From NCBI GenBank assembly GCA_963710605.1, contig CAVQBA010000006.1, positions 64,001-128,000 of the forward strand: a DNA stretch of 64,000 nucleotides, given 5' to 3'. Below, in pieces: positions 1-12,449 of the stretch (position 1 is its first letter; the number at the start of each line of letters is the position of its first letter). The notes under the pieces were generated by a model. It was given only the letters and a program-made list of their open reading frames with translations, ran no database searches and was not told the origin of the DNA. This stretch comes from an uncultured cyanobacterium (GTDB lineage Bacteria > Cyanobacteriota > Cyanobacteriia > Cyanobacteriales > Cyanobacteriaceae). The position numbers and the translations under genes were made by a program.

Positions 1-2350
1 CATCTAAAGCAAATTGACAACCTTTATTTTTGAGTTGTAAAATAAATTCTTGGGCTTGATTCAAATTGCCGACAGTAAAAGTTTCGGTAATTTCAAAACA
101 AATATGGGAATAAGATACTTGGTATTGCTCAAACAAATCAAATAGTGAATGTAAAAATTCTTGATTCCCAACAGTTTTTCCTGACAAATTAACCATATAT
201 GTAGTCTCTTTTACTTTTGGATTATGACTATTTTGAGACAAAAACAAAAATAATTTTTTGATGACGAGTAAATCGATCGTATTCATTAGACTATATCTTT
301 CGGCAATCGGCACGAAAATCGCAGGAGAGACAATTCGTTGATTGGGTAAAATCATTCTTAACAAAACTTCACAACGAGGAGAAGAGTGAGAAAGATTATT
401 GCTATTACTCGGTTCTATTTTTTGATGATAAAGAACAAAATAGTCATTTTCGATCGCTTGATTAATTTGAACAATCCATTGCCTTTCTAGACGCATTTGT
501 TGTAATTGAGTATCAGTATCTCGGTGAACCCAATAACGGTTTCCTCCTGCTTGTTTAGCCGCATAACAAGCTCGATCTAAATTACTCATAATCCAAGTTT
601 TATCTATATTATCTTCATTAGGAATTTCAATAATACCGATACTGACACCGACTTTAAATATTTGTTGTTGCCAAACAAAGCTATATGCTTGAACATGATC
701 AATAATTTTTTTAGCCACTTCAACGGTTAGGCTTAAATCTGTTTGATAAATAACGATCGAAAATTCATCACCTCCGACACGGGCGATTAAACTTGATGGC
801 GGTAATTGTTGTTTAATTAAATTAGCTAAATGAAAAAGTACTTCGTCTCCTGCCGGATGCCCACAAGTATCATTAACAATTTTAAATTTATCTAAATCTA
901 GAAATAAAATTAGATTACTTTGTCTGGAGCGATTGTTTTTATTTTTGTCCTTTTCAATTAACAAAGATAATTGTTTTTCAAAATAATAACGATTATATAA
1001 ACCCGTTAAAAAATCTTTTTCTGCTCGATCACGTAAATCAGAAAATAACAATTCTAATTGATTGGACATTTGTAGAAAAGATCGACCTAAAACCTGTATT
1101 TCTTTGATTGGATGAAACGAAATTGATTGCTGTAAATCGCCTGCCGCTATTTTTTCAGTTGTTTTAGTTAATTTAGCTAATGGTTCAGAAATAATCTTTG
1201 ATTGATACAAAATGATCAACATAGAAAAGAATAAAACAATTAGACAAATCAAAATCGTGTTGTACCAATTTTCTTTTAAAATAGCCGTAAAATCTGATTT
1301 ATTGACGGCTGTAACAATTAACCAATCAATACCATATTCATCCTGATACACATTAACTTGAGCTAGATAATTATCATTTTTATCTTGATTGATAGTTAAA
1401 TTAATTTTTTCAGTATTGTTAATATCATTTAAGTCGTTATATTTTTCAATAAGTTTTGTTGTCAGACTACTAATAACAACATTTTTACTTTTGTGAGCTG
1501 AAATGAAAGTTAGTTCTTCTTTTTGAGGATTTAACCAAACTGTTACTTTATCTTCTGTTGTCGTAGCGATTAGATTACCTTTTCGATCGATAATAAAAAT
1601 TTCAGTAGAAGGTGAAAATTGAAGATTTCTTAAAAAGTTACAGATATCATCTAAAAGAACTTCTGCGGTTAAAATACCTTGTAATTTATCTTGCTGATAA
1701 ATTGGTTTGACTGCTCTAAGAGTAGCCGCTTCAACAATACTATAAGGTCTTATTTTCAGCCAAGTTTGTTTGTTTTTACTAATACTGTCTTGATACCAGA
1801 GTAACTGACGATGATCGTAATCAGGAATCGTTTTAAATTCTTCAGTAACAATTCCATTTTCATCTAAATAATATAAGCTTAAATTATCTTGAAAAGATTC
1901 CGCTAAAATATCTTTATTTTCTTTGCCAAAAATACCGAAACGATCGTGTGCAAAGGTAACAACTTCTCCTTTTTCGTTAGCATAAATAATTGTAGTTAAA
2001 TTATCGAATTGCTTTAGTTGAAATTGTGAACCAAAAAAACTTTTTAATTGATCAAAATCGTTAATATCAACTATATTAGTCTCCAAAGCAAGACTATTAA
2101 TTTCTAAAAACTTATGAGGAGTAGCTAAAAAGTCATTTAATTGATAATTTATTTGCTGTGATGATTTGTCTAACAACTGATAGACAACCTTTTCAACTTC
2201 ATCATCTCCATTTTGATAAGCAAAATAACCGACCAAAAAACAAGCACAGATTAATGTAATGACAGAAGGAAAAATAAGAATTGTCGAAATACTAAAAGAT
2301 TTATTTTTGATTTTCTTTTGGTACGATTTACGCCATAATCTAAGAATCAT
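1..2350 (-). CDS. Membrane diguanylate cyclase/phosphodiesterase (TM-Cache-like-HAMP-GGDEF-EAL), runs off the window's left edge
   Basis: Not in the ORF track. Manual translation from ATG at 2350 (MILRLWRKSYQKKIKNKSFSISTILIFPSV...) gives IARVGGDEF at ~761-787, CEVLLRM (EAL-type) at ~355-375 and GCQFALD at the edge. Confidence 0.9.
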   Translation of the reverse strand, partial: MILRLWRKSYQKKIKNKSFSISTILIFPSVITLICACFLVGYFAYQNGDDEVEKVVYQLLDKSSQQINYQLNDFLATPHKFLEINSLALETNIVDINDFDQLKSFFGSQFQLKQFDNLTTIIYANEKGEVVTFAHDRFGIFGKENKDILAESFQDNLSLYYLDENGIVTEEFKTIPDYDHRQLLWYQDSISKNKQTWLKIRPYSIVEAATLRAVKPIYQQDKLQGILTAEVLLDDICNFLRNLQFSPSTEIFIIDRKGNLIATTTEDKVTVWLNPQKEELTFISAHKSKNVVISSLTTKLIEKYNDLNDINNTEKINLTINQDKNDNYLAQVNVYQDEYGIDWLIVTAVNKSDFTAILKENWYNTILICLIVLFFSMLIILYQSKIISEPLAKLTKTTEKIAAGDLQQSISFHPIKEIQVLGRSFLQMSNQLELLFSDLRDRAEKDFLTGLYNRYYFEKQLSLLIEKDKNKNNRSRQSNLILFLDLDKFKIVNDTCGHPAGDEVLFHLANLIKQQLPPSSLIARVGGDEFSIVIYQTDLSLTVEVAKKIIDHVQAYSFVWQQQIFKVGVSIGIIEIPNEDNIDKTWIMSNLDRACYAAKQAGGNRYWVHRDTDTQLQQMRLERQWIVQINQAIENDYFVLYHQKIEPSNSNNLSHSSPRCEVLLRMILPNQRIVSPAIFVPIAERYSLMNTIDLLVIKKLFLFLSQNSHNPKVKETTYMVNLSGKTVGNQEFLHSLFDLFEQYQVSYSHICFEITETFTVGNLNQAQEFILQLKNKGCQFALD

Positions 2351-2743
2351 TACGATCGAGTTTGATCAATACAACTTTGTTTAAATCATTTTAGTCTTAA
2401 TTTCAAATATTATCGATTTAGATACCGAATAAAAAGTTTGAAACCAATTCATTCTACAACAGAGTTTTACTATTATGATGTCCGCTATTATAAAGATTTA
2501 GTAAAGTTGCTCAGTCATTATAACCTCCTGTTAAAATTATCAGATTATATTGATCTAATACTACAAAAGATTTCACAAGTGACTCGATCGCCAAGAAGTA
2601 GTAAGTAATGAGTTATACCTGTGCAGAGTAATGCAATTGCTCTTAAAGTATCACAATTATACTTTTTTTTTCGTCATAAAGACGAGGCTAAAGCTTACCT
2701 AGTTAAAAGCTGAAGTTATACTCATTACTCATTACTCATTAAT

Positions 2744-4093
2744 TTATTGCCCTGTGATTGATAACTCATCAACCCAAATACGTGGGCAAACACCGCTAGG
2801 AGTAACCTCTGCTTGATTATCTGGCTCAACATAAACGATCGATTTTAGTAAACTTAAAAAATCACCCGCTACTGTTGCCGCCTCGATACTAGTTTTTTCG
2901 CCTTTATTGATTAACCAACCATCAAAAGGTAAAGAAAAAGAACCTTGCAAAGAATTAACACCTGCGTGTAATGCTTGGACATCATCAATTAAAATGACAT
3001 TTTCAGCGGTATCTAAACTATATTCTTCACTCTTTGGTTGCTCACCACGAAAAACATGATAATAGTTAGGACCAATACTTACTTTAGCACCGATACTAGC
3101 ATTACCCGTTGGCTCGGCATTCATTTTTTTAGCTGTGACACTACTATGTAAAAAATTAGTCAAAACTCCTTTTTCGATAATCGATAAGTTTTGAGTCGGA
3201 GTGCCTTCTCCGTCAAATGTTTCCGCACTAATATTACCTGAGTGAAGGGCATTATCACTAACTGATAACAAAGGTGAAGCAATTTGTTTCCCGATCGATT
3301 CAGATGTACTCAAACTTTGTTTATCAAGTATGTTTTGAGCATTATAAAGATTACTAAATGCACCTAACAAGCTTAAAAATGCTTCAGCGGAAAAAACAAC
3401 TTTATATTTACCTGATTTGATTGGTTGATAATTCAAATGGCTAACGGTTTTTTCAACGGTTTCGCTAAAACAACCTTCTAAGTCTAATTTGTCGAGACTG
3501 TGAGCTATTTTATATGCCCCACCACTACGAGGTTTTTTGTTTTCTTGTTCGGTAGTCGCATAAAGATAAACGGAAGAATAGGTGCGTTTTTCTTCTCTGG
3601 TTGCACCTTCGCTATTAAGATAAAAACGTTCTATCTCTTGTTCTCCTAAGCCATTATAAGGTACTGAAGCGATCGCTTCGTGAGAATCTAATAATTTTTT
3701 TTCTAACTTTAATAAATGCTCAATCAAATCAGAAGCGGGTGTATTTTCTCCTAACTCGGTAGAAACTTCAGGTAAAGAAGATTTAGCCGAAGGGCTAAAA
3801 TCTGGTACATCTTCGGTTACACCAAAATAACTAGCTTCTTGAGCTGTTTTTAGAGCTAATTCTATCCCTAACTTATCAACATCAGTAGTAGAAGTTACAC
3901 CGATTTGCTCTTTTTCATTCCAGACTCTGACAATGACATTGGATTTTTGGGAAGCTTTTATCTGTTTTGGCTCTCCTTGAAATACTTGTACATTTGTTCC
4001 ATCGACTGCCGAGCCGTAAATATCAAATTTCTTGATTCCTAATTGTGTTGCTACTTCACTAGCTGTTTGAGCGATCGTCTGTACTTTTGACAT
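2744..4093 (-). CDS. pmbA: TldD/PmbA family protein (PmbA-like)
   Basis: FDGEGTPT and SFSLPFDGW motifs; no HExxH; 449 aa. Confidence 0.85.
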   Translation of the reverse strand: MSKVQTIAQTASEVATQLGIKKFDIYGSAVDGTNVQVFQGEPKQIKASQKSNVIVRVWNEKEQIGVTSTTDVDKLGIELALKTAQEASYFGVTEDVPDFSPSAKSSLPEVSTELGENTPASDLIEHLLKLEKKLLDSHEAIASVPYNGLGEQEIERFYLNSEGATREEKRTYSSVYLYATTEQENKKPRSGGAYKIAHSLDKLDLEGCFSETVEKTVSHLNYQPIKSGKYKVVFSAEAFLSLLGAFSNLYNAQNILDKQSLSTSESIGKQIASPLLSVSDNALHSGNISAETFDGEGTPTQNLSIIEKGVLTNFLHSSVTAKKMNAEPTGNASIGAKVSIGPNYYHVFRGEQPKSEEYSLDTAENVILIDDVQALHAGVNSLQGSFSLPFDGWLINKGEKTSIEAATVAGDFLSLLKSIVYVEPDNQAEVTPSGVCPRIWVDELSITGQ

Positions 4094-4394
4094 AATGTGA
4101 TAATTAACTTTTTTCCCCTATTTTGACATACTCTTCCCATTAACTGCTATTTATTCTTCGATCGTGATCAAAATCAAGAATTATTTATTAGTTATTTTTT
4201 AATTATTAGTTTAAATCTTATAATATTTGATTATTTACTATTAACTAATTATTATTTTCAATTATTAATCATCTTTAATTATTAAGATAGCTTTTTTTGC
4301 TTTTCGGCTAATAAAAGTCTAAGTTATTTAATCAATACTTTAATTAAATTGTTAGGAAATAAAACTAATAAATCTTTATTACTAATCTCATTAT

Positions 4395-4535
4395 TTAACG
4401 ATAATAACCGCTCATTCTATCAATAATAAGTTGCGATGTCTCTTCAATCTGATTATCTTCGATCGTACAATTTAACTGTTTGAAAACGTCAGTTAACATT
4501 GCACGACACTGATCAAGATAATCTATTTGGATCAT
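4395..4535 (-). pseudogene. Possible 46-aa gene remnant (MIQIDYLDQCRAMLTDVFKQLNC...DRMSGYYR)
   Basis: Short ORF with coding-like composition in an AT-rich intergenic region. From memory it resembles the N-terminus of a conserved cyanobacterial hypothetical protein; unverified. Confidence 0.3.
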
Positions 4536-4772
4536 GAATTTTTCAATAATCAAAACAGGAAATTCTTATCAACACAATAATATTAAATAGCGATACTTAT
4601 ATAATGCAAGTCTTACATAAATATAACTTTGTTCTCACTAACATTTAATTATTAAGTTTAGATTGACTATATTGATAATTTAATTTTACCTGAGTTTTGA
4701 ATGACTGGAATATAACTATTTTGTTTTGATTCAGATAAACCAGATTAAGCAAAAATTAGAAATAATCTTTAG

Positions 4773-5165
4773 TTATTCAAACAAAATCTTCTCAAAACAT
4801 TTTTCACCAGTATCTCTAAGTTCTCTTGCCGTTTTTCGATTAGTATTTATTTGCTGGGTTAGTGTTTTAAACTGTGCTGTAGTATATTTATTTCTAAATT
4901 GGGAAATAGTACATTGACAGACAGTCTTAGCTGATTGTAAAGGTAAACCCTCTTTTTTTGACTGAACCAAACATTCTTCTTCGTAATTACACCAAACAGA
5001 AGCTTGTGTAGATTTCAAACCTTGCTTGACTAAGTTTTGAATACATTGCTGTTTATTTAATAAAGCTGGCTTCGATTGGGCTAGTGTTTGCTGGGGTATC
5101 ATCGAAGAAGCTAAAGAAAATAAGGTGATGTTAACAGCGATTAAAGAAAGACGATTTTTTAGCAT
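4773..5165 (-). CDS. Secreted Cys-rich hypothetical protein
   Basis: Signal-peptide-like N-terminus ending LAQ; six Cys including a CQC motif. Confidence 0.75.
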   Translation of the reverse strand: MLKNRLSLIAVNITLFSLASSMIPQQTLAQSKPALLNKQQCIQNLVKQGLKSTQASVWCNYEEECLVQSKKEGLPLQSAKTVCQCTISQFRNKYTTAQFKTLTQQINTNRKTARELRDTGEKCFEKILFE

Positions 5166-5338
5166 AAATAAATTAGTAATAAAGATACCTAATTTTTATT
5201 ACGACGATAAGTAGAGATAAAAGTTGCCCATGATAGTAAATGATTGGCGATTAGCAATTGGCAGTTAAATAAAAAGAATTAATCATAGCAACGATCGTAT
5301 TTTGTGCTCAATAATCGATCGTTGTATCTAATTATTAA

Positions 5339-6172
5339 TTATTGATTCTCCAAACGACAATGCCCTTCTCCGACATGACCTAAAGATTTAAGATTATCCA
5401 TTAGCTTACTGTAATCTTCGCTGGATAATTGTTGCTCTAAAGTAGGCAAATCTGTTTGTAACTGATTATCATTACTAGCAATTACCGCTAAAGGCTCAAA
5501 TCCTAATGCACCAAGATTTAGTTCATCATCAGCAGGTGTTTCACTATCGCCAAAAAGATGATCGAAATGAAAAGTAGTTTCTAACTCAGCAGGTTGATTA
5601 GCTTCAATGATACCTTTTCTTTCATCACCTACAAATTCACCGCAAAGATATTCTAATTCGATCGGAAATGAGATGACAAAATCAACAGTACGATCGTCTT
5701 TAACCGCAACACCATCAAGAATAACACTAGCATTTTTCTCAGGGTCATTAACCAAACTCCAACCGATCGCATTATAATTTCCTTCAGGTGCAGATACTTC
5801 TGTCACCACAATAGGCGAAGCGTTTTCGTCACCTTCGGCTAAATCGATCGTTGTTGGTGTTTCTACTAATGCAACTGATTCAACTGCTTCAAATTCACCT
5901 TCTTCAGCATTAAAAGGAGGATTTGTCTGATAAGCAGTAACTTGATTCAAAGTGACATAAGCATGATTAAAATCTATTTGCCAACCGTCTTTACTGACAA
6001 AACCCTGACGAATAAAATCTTCTCCATTAGCAACTAACGAAAAATTGCTAGTTTCATCGTTATTATCTGAAGAGTTGGTGGTTGTTGTTTGAGGTGAATC
6101 ACTGACTCCACAAGCCGATAAAGTGAAAATTAATAAAGCACTTTTGAGTGCCAAGATAGTTGTTTTTGCCAT
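5339..6172 (-). CDS. Lipoprotein, DUF4382-like
   Basis: Lipobox LSAC; ANGEDFIRQGFVSKDGW, FHFDHLFGD and GHVGEGHC motifs. Confidence 0.8.
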   Translation of the reverse strand: MAKTTILALKSALLIFTLSACGVSDSPQTTTTNSSDNNDETSNFSLVANGEDFIRQGFVSKDGWQIDFNHAYVTLNQVTAYQTNPPFNAEEGEFEAVESVALVETPTTIDLAEGDENASPIVVTEVSAPEGNYNAIGWSLVNDPEKNASVILDGVAVKDDRTVDFVISFPIELEYLCGEFVGDERKGIIEANQPAELETTFHFDHLFGDSETPADDELNLGALGFEPLAVIASNDNQLQTDLPTLEQQLSSEDYSKLMDNLKSLGHVGEGHCRLENQ

Positions 6173-6314
6173 TTTAATTAATTACATAATGAAGCTATCA
6201 CTACATCTTCTCTTGAATGTTTTCCTTTTACAATGCCCCCCCATTGGAATTAAGTAATAAAGTTTCAAGATAAAAAGTTAAAAGTCTAAAAGTCTGTCGA
6301 TTGAAGGATACTCG

Positions 6315-6419
6315 TATAACATAGAACTATTTAATTAGGACAATAAACCACCCCTAACCCTTCCAAATAAAGGAAAGGAACTTTTTCAAAGCGTCTTAAC
6401 TTATTCTTTTACTGCTATA
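6315..6419. mobile_element. MITE-like element, family B (TATAGC...GGACA / TGTCC...GCTATA), degenerate
   Basis: Termini resemble copies at 25353-25514 and 44051-44145; internal CCCCTAACCCTTCC...GGAAAGG hairpin. Confidence 0.5.
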
Positions 6420-6519
6420 TCTCTACATTTTAAGTAATTTCTAACTCATCAATCAAACCGCTTATCTTTATTGATTAATTAACAAAAAGCATTAATGCAC
6501 TTAATTGTTTTTTATTATC

Positions 6520-6655
6520 TATAGCAATTATCGCCATTATGAAGTACAAAGAAAGCCCCCTCAATCAATTCTGGGGGAGGATATAGGATGCTTCGCTTTG
6601 ATTTGTTGGGACTTGTAAATAGCAAATGTACCTCATAATTCTGAAAAACGTTATC
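6520..6655. mobile_element. MITE-like element, family A (29-bp imperfect TIR TATAGCAATTATCGCCATTATGAAGTACA)
   Basis: Termini shared with 8205-8314, 38644-38754, 54247-54415 and 61262-61372. Confidence 0.75.
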
Positions 6656-6752
6656 TTCTACTCACGTTTGACTCATCACCATCAGGTAAAGACTGATCGG
6701 GCTATGATATTAGAATCTAGTATTTTATTTATCGATCGTTAATCTATTTTAT

Positions 6753-8078
6753 ATGAGTGTCTCGAATTATAATTCTTCGTTTTGGAATTTATTTTGGCGA
6801 AAACTAATTAGAATTATTTCTGATTTACGTTTAGCTATTATTTTACTATTAGTAATCGCCCTTTTTAGTATCAGCGGTACAGTTATCGAACAAAATCAGG
6901 GGCTTAATTATTACCAAGAAAACTATCCTGAAAACCCAGCTTTATTTGGTTTTTTAACTTGGCAAGTTTTGCTAACGATCGGATTAAATCATGTTTATAC
7001 TACTTGGTGGTATTTAAGTTTATTAGTCTTTTTTGGAGCTAGTTTAATTGCTTGTACATTTAGAAGACAATTACCCGCCTTAAAAGCCGTTAAAATTTGG
7101 AACTATTATGATAAACCAAAACAATTTAATAAGTTAGCAATTAGTGCCGAGATAGAAGCAGAATCTTTAGCTAAAATTCAGTCTAAATTAAATGTCAAAG
7201 GATATCGTGTCTATCAAAACGATCATGCTTTATATGCCCAAAAAGGTATCAGTGGCAGAATCGGACCAATTATTGTTCATATTGGCATGATTGTTATTTT
7301 ATTAGGTGCTATTTGGGGTGCTTTTACTGGTTTTTTTGCTCAAGAAATTATTCCGAGTGGAGATACATTTTCAATTAATAATTTTATTGAAGCTGGTAAA
7401 TTTACTAATCTAGAATCAGCTCAATCTTTTCAAGTAAAAGTTAATAATTTTAGAATCCAATACACAGATACAGGCTCAGTTGATCAATTTTATTCTGACT
7501 TATCAGTTATTAATGATAATGGCGAAGAATTAAAACATGAAACTATTTTTGTTAATCAACCTTTAAGATATAATGGCATTACTTTTTATCAAACTACATG
7601 GGGTATTTCGGGTATTAAAGTACAGTTAAATAATAGTCCTATTTTTAAATTACCAATGGTAGAATTAAATAGCGAAAATCAAGGACGAATTTGGGGTACA
7701 TGGATTCCTCTTAAACCTGATTTAACTGAAGGAGTTTCTTTAATTGCTAAGGATTTACAGGGAACTATGTTTCTTTATGATATGCGTGGTAATTTGGTTA
7801 AAGCCGCCCGCACTAATATGCCGATTGAAATAAATGGTATTACTTTAACTATCTTAGATTTGATTGGTTCTACTGGTTTACAAATTAAATCTGATCCCGG
7901 TGTACCGATAGTTTACACTGGTTTTGCTCTTTTAATGATTGGGGTAGTGATGAGTTATATCTCTTTCTCTGAAGTTTGGGCTTTAGAAAAAGACGATCGT
8001 TTTTTCGTCGGTGGCAAAACTAATCGAGCTCAAGTTGCTTTTGAAAAAGAATTTTTACAAATTATCGAACAACTCTAA
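6753..8078 (+). CDS. ccsB: Cytochrome c biogenesis protein Ccs1/CcsB (ResB family)
   Basis: [27 protein letters not shown] and [13 protein letters not shown] motifs. Confidence 0.95.
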   Translation: MSVSNYNSSFWNLFWRKLIRIISDLRLAIILLLVIALFSISGTVIEQNQGLNYYQENYPENPALFGFLTWQVLLTIGLNHVYTTWWYLSLLVFFGASLIACTFRRQLPALKAVKIWNYYDKPKQFNKLAISAEIEAESLAKIQSKLNVKGYRVYQNDHALYAQKGISGRIGPIIVHIGMIVILLGAIWGAFTGFFAQEIIPSGDTFSINNFIEAGKFTNLESAQSFQVKVNNFRIQYTDTGSVDQFYSDLSVINDNGEELKHETIFVNQPLRYNGITFYQTTWGISGIKVQLNNSPIFKLPMVELNSENQGRIWGTWIPLKPDLTEGVSLIAKDLQGTMFLYDMRGNLVKAARTNMPIEINGITLTILDLIGSTGLQIKSDPGVPIVYTGFALLMIGVVMSYISFSEVWALEKDDRFFVGGKTNRAQVAFEKEFLQIIEQL

Positions 8079-8204
8079 ACCCATTTGTAGTCTCTGTTGG
8101 TTAATTTTATCTTGAATCAATACCCAGAAAACCAAGCTGTAATCTTGATCAACAGTGAACTATAAATACTCAACACAAAACAGTTAATTAAGTATTGATC
8201 ATTA

Positions 8205-8314
8205 TATAGCAATTCTCACCATTATAAAGTACAAAGCGATCCCCCGCTCATCCCCCGCGCATTCGGGGGACTTGAAAATAATAAATGTACCTCATAATTA
8301 TGGGCAACGCTATA
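8205..8314. mobile_element. MITE-like element, family A
   Basis: TATAGCAATTCTCACCATTATAAAGTACA...TGTACCTCATAATTATGGGCAACGCTATA with an internal TCCCCCG...CGGGGGA hairpin. Confidence 0.75.
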
Positions 8315-8404
8315 TCGTTGACAAATATTAAGACTAACCGACTTTTCGTTTCACAAAACTGTCAAAATGTCAAGTAAAAAACAAATATTAAAATTACCCA
8401 AATC

Positions 8405-8743
8405 ATGAGTTTTACCAATATTAATGTAGAAGAATTAGCGATCGTATTAGAAGACGAAAATCCTCAACAGCAATTAATTGATGTCAGAGAATTATCAGAA
8501 GCTCAAATTGCCTTTATTCCTCAATTCAAATTGTTACCTTTAAGTGAATCTCAACAATGGATGAATCAAATCACGACTAATTTTGATCCGCAAATAGAAA
8601 CGATCGTTTTATGTCATCATGGTATGCGATCGACTCAGATGTGTCAGTGGTTGGCAACACAAGGATTTACTCAGCTTAAAAACGTAACTGGTGGAATTGA
8701 TGCTTATTCAGTGGCTGTTGATTCATCTATACCTAGATACTAG
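8405..8743 (+). CDS. Rhodanese-like domain protein
   Basis: LIDVRE, CHHGMRS and GGIDAY motifs. Confidence 0.92.
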   Translation: MSFTNINVEELAIVLEDENPQQQLIDVRELSEAQIAFIPQFKLLPLSESQQWMNQITTNFDPQIETIVLCHHGMRSTQMCQWLATQGFTQLKNVTGGIDAYSVAVDSSIPRY

Positions 8744-9204
8744 TGTTTTAAATAATTGAAAAATAATTAGTAGTAAGTAATACATTTTTCAAAAGATAAA
8801 TAGAGATAAAATTAGTTTAAATTAATCGAAAATATAGTAATAAAAAAAACTAATACGTTTTGAAGATTAAAATTGAAAAAAACTAAGCTAATTGTTAATT
8901 TTATATTTTTGCGACGGTTAAAGCTAGATAGCAAAGGTAATCACTAATTAGTACTTTACTTTAGAGTTGATTAAAAATAGATAAAACATAAGTATTAATC
9001 AATTCAATTAACTAAAAAAAACAAGTTAAAGTATTTGTTTAAGTGTATCTTTGTAGTATTATTTACTAAAATCAAAAAATACAATTAATTAAGAGTAATC
9101 ATTTTGTTGAATATTCCTTTTTTAACCTAAAGGATTAATAGTTGATTTGCATAAATAAGCAATGATAGGATGAACAAATAATTTATAGTCAAGAGCGAAC
9201 CTTT

Positions 9205-10236
9205 ATGACAAAAGACTGGTCACACTTACTTACCCAACTTTTAGAGCAAGAATCTCTAACAGAAACACAAGCAGGAGAGTTAATGAGTGGATGGCTCAAA
9301 ACTCAAATTTCTCCAGCCCTTTCAGGGGCTATTTTGACTGCAATTCAAGCTAAAGGTGTTAGTGCAACCGAATTAGCAGGAATGGCTAAAGTGCTTAAGT
9401 CTCAATCAGTTCAATCTCAACTAACTAACTATACTATTCCTGTCATTGATACTTGCGGTACGGGTGGTGATGGTGCTTCTACTTTTAATATTTCTACTGC
9501 CGTCGCTTTTGTTGCCTCCGCTGGGGGTGTTAAAGTGGCAAAACATGGTAATCGCTCCGCTTCTAGTAAAGTTGGTTCGGCTGATGTTTTAGAATATTTA
9601 GGAGTTAAACTTAATGCGGATGAGTCAATTTACCAAAAAGCATTAGCCGAAGTAGGTATTACTTTTTTGTTCGCACCAGGATGGCATCCAGCTATGAAAG
9701 CGATCGCACCTATTCGTCAAGAATTGAAGATTAGGACTATTTTTAATCTTTTAGGGCCATTAGTCAATCCCCTTAATCCGACAGCACAAGTTATCGGTGT
9801 CTATCATCCTCGCTTAATCAAACCTATAGCCGAGGCTTTACAGTTACTTAATTGCCAAAAAGCGATCGTTGTTTATGGGCGAGAAAAACTAGATGAAGCT
9901 GGATTAGGAGATATTAGCGACATCGCCTTATTAGACAATCAAAACTTAACTATCACAACTATTAATCCTCAAGAATTAGGCTTAACAAAGGCATCGTTAT
10001 CTGAGCTAAAAGGTGGTAATGTAGCCGAAAACGCCGAAATTCTGACTAAAGTATTGCAAGGAAAAGGTACACCTGCCCAAACTGATGTAGTTGCACTTAA
10101 TTCTTCTTTAGCTTTGCAAGTAGCTGGGGTGATTCCGATGGGAGAACATCGTCAAGGAATAGAGATAAGCCAAGAAATCATTAGCAATGGTAAAGCATGG
10201 CATAAATTAAGTCAATTAGTTGACTGGTTTTGTTAA
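9205..10236 (+). CDS. trpD: Anthranilate phosphoribosyltransferase
   Basis: [17 protein letters not shown] and [18 protein letters not shown] motifs. Confidence 0.97.
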   Translation: MTKDWSHLLTQLLEQESLTETQAGELMSGWLKTQISPALSGAILTAIQAKGVSATELAGMAKVLKSQSVQSQLTNYTIPVIDTCGTGGDGASTFNISTAVAFVASAGGVKVAKHGNRSASSKVGSADVLEYLGVKLNADESIYQKALAEVGITFLFAPGWHPAMKAIAPIRQELKIRTIFNLLGPLVNPLNPTAQVIGVYHPRLIKPIAEALQLLNCQKAIVVYGREKLDEAGLGDISDIALLDNQNLTITTINPQELGLTKASLSELKGGNVAENAEILTKVLQGKGTPAQTDVVALNSSLALQVAGVIPMGEHRQGIEISQEIISNGKAWHKLSQLVDWFC

Positions 10237-10478
10237 ATTATTTTGTTTTTTGACAAAAATTACTGAAATAAACTCCAATTAAGTTATAATCTTGCTGAGT
10301 AGAATTGACTAGGTATATCAAATCTTTATTAAACTACTCAGGGACTCATAGCAATACTTCCAAACGATCGATAACTTTTAATCATATATTATCCTATAAT
10401 TGATTAGTAAAAATTTTCTTTTGCTGGCGATTATTTCTGACTATACTAAAAACAAGTCAATATTATTAGTGACTTATT

Positions 10479-11756
10479 ATGAACGAAAACGAACTAAACC
10501 TATCCGAATTTATCAAAGTATCTAACTCTATGTCAACTAATGGCGATCGCACAAAAACTGTGATCAAAAAAGTTGCCAGCCCTCAGCAAGGAAAATTAGA
10601 ACCAGAAATGAACCCTAACCAGATTGTACCGAGTAATATAGCGAAAATAAAAGTAATTGGTGTTGGTGGTGGTGGTTGTAATGCAGTTAATCGGATGATT
10701 CAAAGTAACGTCGTCGGTATTGAATTTTGGCAAATTAATACTGATGCTCAAGCATTAGCTCAATCCATGGCGACTTACTGCTTACAAGTTGGACAAAAAC
10801 TAACTAGAGGTTTAGGTGCAGGAGGAAACCCAGCTATTGGGCAAAAAGCGGCTGAAGAATCAAGAGATGAGATAGCCAAAGCATTAGAAAATACAGATTT
10901 AGTTTTTATCACCGCCGGGATGGGTGGTGGTACAGGTACAGGTGCCGCACCTGTCGTGGCTGAAATAGCCAAAGATATGGGTTGTTTGACAGTTGGGGTT
11001 GTCACTCGTCCGTTTACTTTTGAAGGTCGCCGTCGTACCAAGCAAGCAGAAGCAGGAATTAAAGACTTAGAAAGTAAAGTCGATACTTTGATTGTTATTC
11101 CTAATAACAAGCTACTTTCAGTGATTCCGGCGGATACTCCTTTACAAGAATCATTCCGTATGGCTGATGATACCCTCAGACAAGGAGTTCAAGGTATTTC
11201 GGATATTATTACAATTCCGGGATTAGTTAACGTTGATTTTGCCGATGTTAGAGCTGTGATGGCTGATGCTGGTTCGGCTTTGATGGGAATAGGTATTAGT
11301 TCAGGTAAATCTCGGGCAAAAGAAGGTGCGATCGCCGCTATTTCTTCTCCTTTAATTGAATCTTCGATCGAAGGAGCGACTGGTGTGGTGTTAAACATTA
11401 CAGGTGGAAAAGATTTGACTTTACACGAAGTTAATACCGCCGCTGAGACAATTTACGATATAGTCGATCCAGATGCTAATATTATTTTTGGTGCAGTAGT
11501 CGATGAGTCAATGCAAGGTGAGGTAAGAGTAACAGTAATCGCCACCGGTTTTTCAGGACAAAATACGACTATTGTTCAAGAAGAAGTTAAACAAATAACG
11601 ACTCCTCGTGTTAATCCTAATCAGGTTCAACAAAATACTAATACTGTCACTCATGAGCAAAAGGTAGTTCCCCCAAAACCAGCCGAAGATGACGATTTAA
11701 CTTCAGGATTAGATATTCCAGAATTCTTGCAACGTCGTCGTTTTCCACGTAACTAA
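10479..11756 (+). CDS. ftsZ: Cell division protein FtsZ
   Basis: GMGGGTGTG tubulin signature; C-terminal [10 protein letters not shown]. Confidence 0.99.
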   Translation: MNENELNLSEFIKVSNSMSTNGDRTKTVIKKVASPQQGKLEPEMNPNQIVPSNIAKIKVIGVGGGGCNAVNRMIQSNVVGIEFWQINTDAQALAQSMATYCLQVGQKLTRGLGAGGNPAIGQKAAEESRDEIAKALENTDLVFITAGMGGGTGTGAAPVVAEIAKDMGCLTVGVVTRPFTFEGRRRTKQAEAGIKDLESKVDTLIVIPNNKLLSVIPADTPLQESFRMADDTLRQGVQGISDIITIPGLVNVDFADVRAVMADAGSALMGIGISSGKSRAKEGAIAAISSPLIESSIEGATGVVLNITGGKDLTLHEVNTAAETIYDIVDPDANIIFGAVVDESMQGEVRVTVIATGFSGQNTTIVQEEVKQITTPRVNPNQVQQNTNTVTHEQKVVPPKPAEDDDLTSGLDIPEFLQRRRFPRN

Positions 11757-12062
11757 AGTATTGTTTAGCTATTAGTGATTATTGATTGAGATTGAATACC
11801 AAAATTATCACAATCAAAGGTAAAAGTTATTCTTCTTAGCCATGGTTATTGACTAGTAATGATTAATTATTAGCTAAACAAACACAAAATATAATTAGAA
11901 GGAAAATAGCCTCTAACCAACGAGAAATAGATGGTTTGACTCAATAAATTATTGTTTTTGATCAATTAGCGAAAATATTAATTGATAAATAGTTTTTATT
12001 TATTGACACTTTTAGTTAGAATTGAAGTTAAAATAATAGGTAAAATTACTGGTTAAGGTATT

Positions 12063-12323
12063 ATGACTAGTAGCAAAACGAATCAATCAGCATCCTTGTC
12101 TGAGAGGGAAATAGAAATTTTGGATTTAGTCGCCACTGGCTTAACCAATCATGACATTGCCCTCAAGCTAGAAATTAGCAAAAGAACAGTTGACAATCAT
12201 ATTAGTAATATTCTCACTAAAACTAAAACTGACAATCGTGTTGAATTAGTTCGTTGGGCATTACAATGGGGCAAAATTTGTCTTGATCAAGTCAATTGTT
12301 GTACTCTTCCTCATACTTTGTGA
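12063..12323 (+). CDS. pedR: Small LuxR-type redox-responsive regulator PedR
   Basis: Stand-alone LuxR HTH (ISKRTVDNHISNIL) with three C-terminal Cys (KICLDQVNCC). Confidence 0.85.
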   Translation: MTSSKTNQSASLSEREIEILDLVATGLTNHDIALKLEISKRTVDNHISNILTKTKTDNRVELVRWALQWGKICLDQVNCCTLPHTL

Positions 12324-12449
12324 ATCAGTTTGATTCATTTGTTGACGGGTATTTAGTAAAGCAACTATGATAAAAGGGTTATGCTTAATAATACAACAAA
12401 ATTTCCCCTCTAAAAATAACTGTAAGTAAACCTTTTTATTATCAAAGAT

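Noticed and set aside
10775-11398. Antisense or overlapping ORFs in the track (e.g. 4726, 10775, 11189, 12410, 13788, 16755, 20330, 23921, 28476, 29714, 30905, 32957, 35900, 37193, 38864, 40150, 42848, 42886, 43188, 43770, 45349, 46346, 51569, 51963, 52859)
   Set aside because: Shadow ORFs of well-supported genes with no recognisable motifs.
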